This document shows positions 60,876-64,000 of a DNA stretch of 64,000 nt, piece after piece; within the stretch, counting starts at the first letter, position 1; each line of letters opens with the position of its first letter. Under the pieces are notes generated by a model that saw only the letters and a program-made list of their open reading frames with translations, was not told where the DNA came from and did not search any database. Source of the DNA: Takakia lepidozioides (lineage: Eukaryota; Plantae; Bryophyta); the NCBI GenBank assembly GCA_030704615.1, contig CM060734.1:34472001-34536000 (forward strand), read 5' to 3'. The position numbers and the translations under genes are program-made.

Positions 60876-62865
60876 AATTGGGGGACAACCCTATGTTGTC
60901 TCTCCCGCTGTCAGAAGCACGCGACGTGCTTCTGAGCTCGCGAGGAGAGTGTTATGGCGGACGCGCTTCGGTGGCTGCCGCTGGACGAGCGCCTGGGGGG
61001 GGCGCGAAGGCGGCGCCTTGTCTCTCTTGCAGCGGGAAACACCGCTATGAATGCACTGGCATCTTCCCTCCTGTGGCTTTTTTTGTGCTTAGCAAGGGTG
61101 CTTATGATGGGAAGTTCTCTCCCTCCTTTCTAGTGCCTTGCGATTGTGCCTGCTTTGCTTCATTGCTTATGTGCTTTGTGGAGGCGGCTTGCTGCGGGTG
61201 GTGATGGCGCATAACCCTCTTCCCCAATCGCTTAAGGTGCCTTTGGAGTTTAGGGATTCTCATGTTCTTATCTCTTTCTCTTGCTTTTGAGTTTCTTAGT
61301 TGACATCGATGACAAGTGTGAGGGTCTGTGATTCACCTGGGGTTCCACAATCCTCACTAACTTGTTGGTTTTTGTGGGGGCTTGTGATGGGACCACGTGA
61401 GGATCCTCACCTACTTTGAAGCTTCTTGAGCATGCAGATTAGGATATGGGCTGAGAAGACCTATGGGTTTTTGCACTGTGAGGTGGTTGCTGCCTGCAGC
61501 CCCGATTACAACCCGACTGCTCCTGGTTTGGCATGCTACATCCTGGTTTTTGGCCTTTGTCGTTCTGCCGTCGATGCGCAGCTCGGCATGATTGGCCTGT
61601 CTCCTGAGGCTTGCATACAAACCATACCCTACCTCTTGATCTTTGACAGCAGGGCCTGTGGATTATTGAGCTAGGTTATAAGTTCTTTTGGTTTTAGGTG
61701 GTATGTTTTTGGCGGTTTTGGGTCTTGAGGGTGGATCCTCGGTCAGACCCTTCTCCTCTCAGGAAGCGGGCGACACTCTTCTCCTCTCGGGTCCTCCTGG
61801 GTGTAAAGTCCAAGGTGCAGGTGAAGAACAGAAATATCCCGGAAACTTGATCGACCTTTCCCAACATTCCTCACCCTCCCCGTTCAGTACACAGGGTCTG
61901 GTCTATCCAACCCGCAGGGCAACCATCGGGGACTTGGCTGCGGCTCCGTTGTACCTTGTTCCGTCTCTTCCTCGCATATCTCCCCAGCACGAGGGTTGGA
62001 CAGCCCAAATCCGCACGAGTCAAGTGACTTAAACTCATTTCTCGCTCCTTGCTCATTATCCTAGTTTCACTTAGTTTGAGGTGGACATGGTGGCCTTGAA
62101 GGGTATGACGGCAGCCTGATAAGGCACCGACCTACTCCTTTTCGGGCCTGTTTCTGTTGAGTACCGGATCACAGTGAGGTGTTCTTTGTATGCTTTAGCA
62201 TGGAACTCTTGAAGGATGAGGATGGTAAGCTGCAATGGGATCCTATCTATAGTTTTGGCTTTGTCATGACATCAGGCCTATGACCTGCAATCTGGTTTTT
62301 TATATGCAAAAGAAGCTGGATCTCGGCTGTTCAAGCTGCTTGTATGTACAAGTCTTGAACCTGCAATTTGACAGGCTGAGTTCACATTCCCTTGACACCT
62401 TGTATGATCACATGTCTCGGGGGTGAATACAAATGATATGGAATTTATTTCATCATGCCCAAGTAGGACTACTTGGTGGCATATTGTGATTCTGACAATT
62501 TGCAGGCTGGTCCTTATGCCTTGGCTGATGCATGACCTGCGATAATTAATGGCTGAAAATGTAAGATGCTGCAACCTGTGGGTCATATCCAAGATGTATG
62601 TGTGAAAACGTGTCTTGAAATGGTAATAGGGTAGGCTGGACCATGGTAACTTGCCCTTTGCATGACCTCAGCATTTTTATGCTCCTTCAATACATGACCT
62701 GCTGGTAAGGTATGTGTGTAGGCTGAACCAAGAGGCCTTGCAACTTGCACAGGGGCAGCAATATCTTATCTTGTCCCACACATGAACACATGATTCATTG
62801 GCCAAGATGGCCGGATCTCGGGTGTTCAAGATGCTTGCATCCCCTACATGAACAAACCCCGCCCT

Positions 62866-64000
62866 CCCACCCTGTTTTATCATGACTGCTTGGGTGATGT
62901 CAATTCATGGGAAGCTATGACAAGAATGGAAATGTTAGATGGTGCCCTGTTTTGGGTTGTTTATGTCTTTAATTGACAATGACCCTAGTGGGTCTTGTCC
63001 ATGTCTTGACATGACATGAATATCTTCCCTCTTTTTTTTGCTGCTCACAAAAATAAACAAACCACAAGGGAGAGAGGGTGTAGAATAAGTTAAAAAGATT
63101 ATACTCATAAGACGTTGTTTGCCGTAGCCTTGTGGCCATTGACCCCGCGCCCAGTTTGAGCGGAAACAAAAGGGATAGAACCTGCCTCTGTCAGGGACTA
63201 ACGTTGGTAGTAAGACTTACCTTCATATATAGAATTAATCCGGGTTTTCCAGATATCCTCTAGAAATCCCTTCACACAAGCATCAATCTGTTGTGTGTGA
63301 TTTGCCCAATAACTAGGCCTCAGGAGGGCCTGGGCTTTTGGCTCAACCTTGAGACTTTCAAAGTTGGTAAACAGAGGTACAGACACAATTCCCTTGATAG
63401 ATTTGAAGAGAGTGTCTCTTTGGTGAGAGAACTCCGGATAGTGTATCAGAAATGAGTATTGTCTTCAGATTGCCCACACAACGGGCAATTGCACTCTCCC
63501 TTTCCTCTCTGCTTCTGTTTGCTGTTCAAAGGTAGGCTTCTTGCCCTGAGTTTAAATTTCAGTCTAGTGCCGAGAGTGGGTAGACCCTTGAGGTCATCCA
63601 AGATGTCCTCCCCCATGTCACTGACTGGAAACAAGTTCAGGGAAGTTTTCTGCCTAACTTCATTTTCATCAGACAATCTCATGGCAACAGACATGGCTGA
63701 GGACACTACAGCCTCTAAGTCAGATTTATCAACCCATATTGCAGATCTGAACTCCAAGGTAGGTCTAATAATGCGACAAAGCATGGTTTTCTTAACCTCA
63801 GAGTTGACATCTCTGCAGAAAAAATTAAAAAGAGAGAGGGAAGATATTCATGTCATGTCAAGACATGGACAAGACCCACTAGGGTCATTGTCAATTAAAG
63901 ACATAAACAGCCCAAACAGGGCACCATCTAACATTTCCATTCTTGTCATAGCTTCCCATGAATTGACATCACCCAATCAGTCATGATAAAACAGGGTGGG
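62866..64000. mobile_element. Long inverted repeat (arms 62866-63032 and 63835-64000+) enclosing an ~800-bp LINE C-terminal fragment; foldback/Pack-type element cut by the window edge
   Basis: cccaccctgttttatcatgact...gaatatcttccctct is the reverse complement of agagggaagatattc...gataaaacagggtggg. The spacer on minus encodes LGTRLKFKLRARSLPLN...CPLCGQSEDNTHF, a LINE zf-RVT-like C-terminus. Confidence 0.75.

Overview
Eukaryotic, land-plant nuclear DNA, most likely from a non-seed plant (an inference from the PLS/DYW PPR style and the TE families). Two intact-looking spliced host genes are present: a U11/U12 snRNP 25-kDa (SNRNP25-like) gene on + at ~7.8-9.5 kb and a CONSTANS-like B-box/CCT gene on - at 11.3-13.8 kb. 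Nearly everything else is transposon-derived: a hairpin-repeat array, a dead L1-type LINE carrying filler DNA, an 824-bp TTAA-flanked piggyBac-like element, and a 12.6-kb long-TIR Mutator-like element (transposase, Ulp1-like protease, unknown antisense gene, pervasive AGACC motif). A PPR-DYW pseudogene is broken by an apparent inversion and two CACTA insertions. The larger CACTA (36078-54776) carries an FCP1/NIF-like domain and hosts the most striking object in the window: an 11.2-kb Ty3/Gypsy retrotransposon (38254-49424, minus strand). Its polyprotein contains a complete DNMT3-like C5 cytosine methyltransferase between protease and RT, and a PHD finger after the integrase. Its terminal repeats are not ordinary LTRs but a circularly permuted split arrangement (B-internal-A-gc-B-A). 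The integration ends match an internal palindrome GACA|GC|TGTC, there is a 4-bp TSD, and a hairpin replaces the tRNA PBS. All calls were made by eye from sequence motifs; no searches were run.
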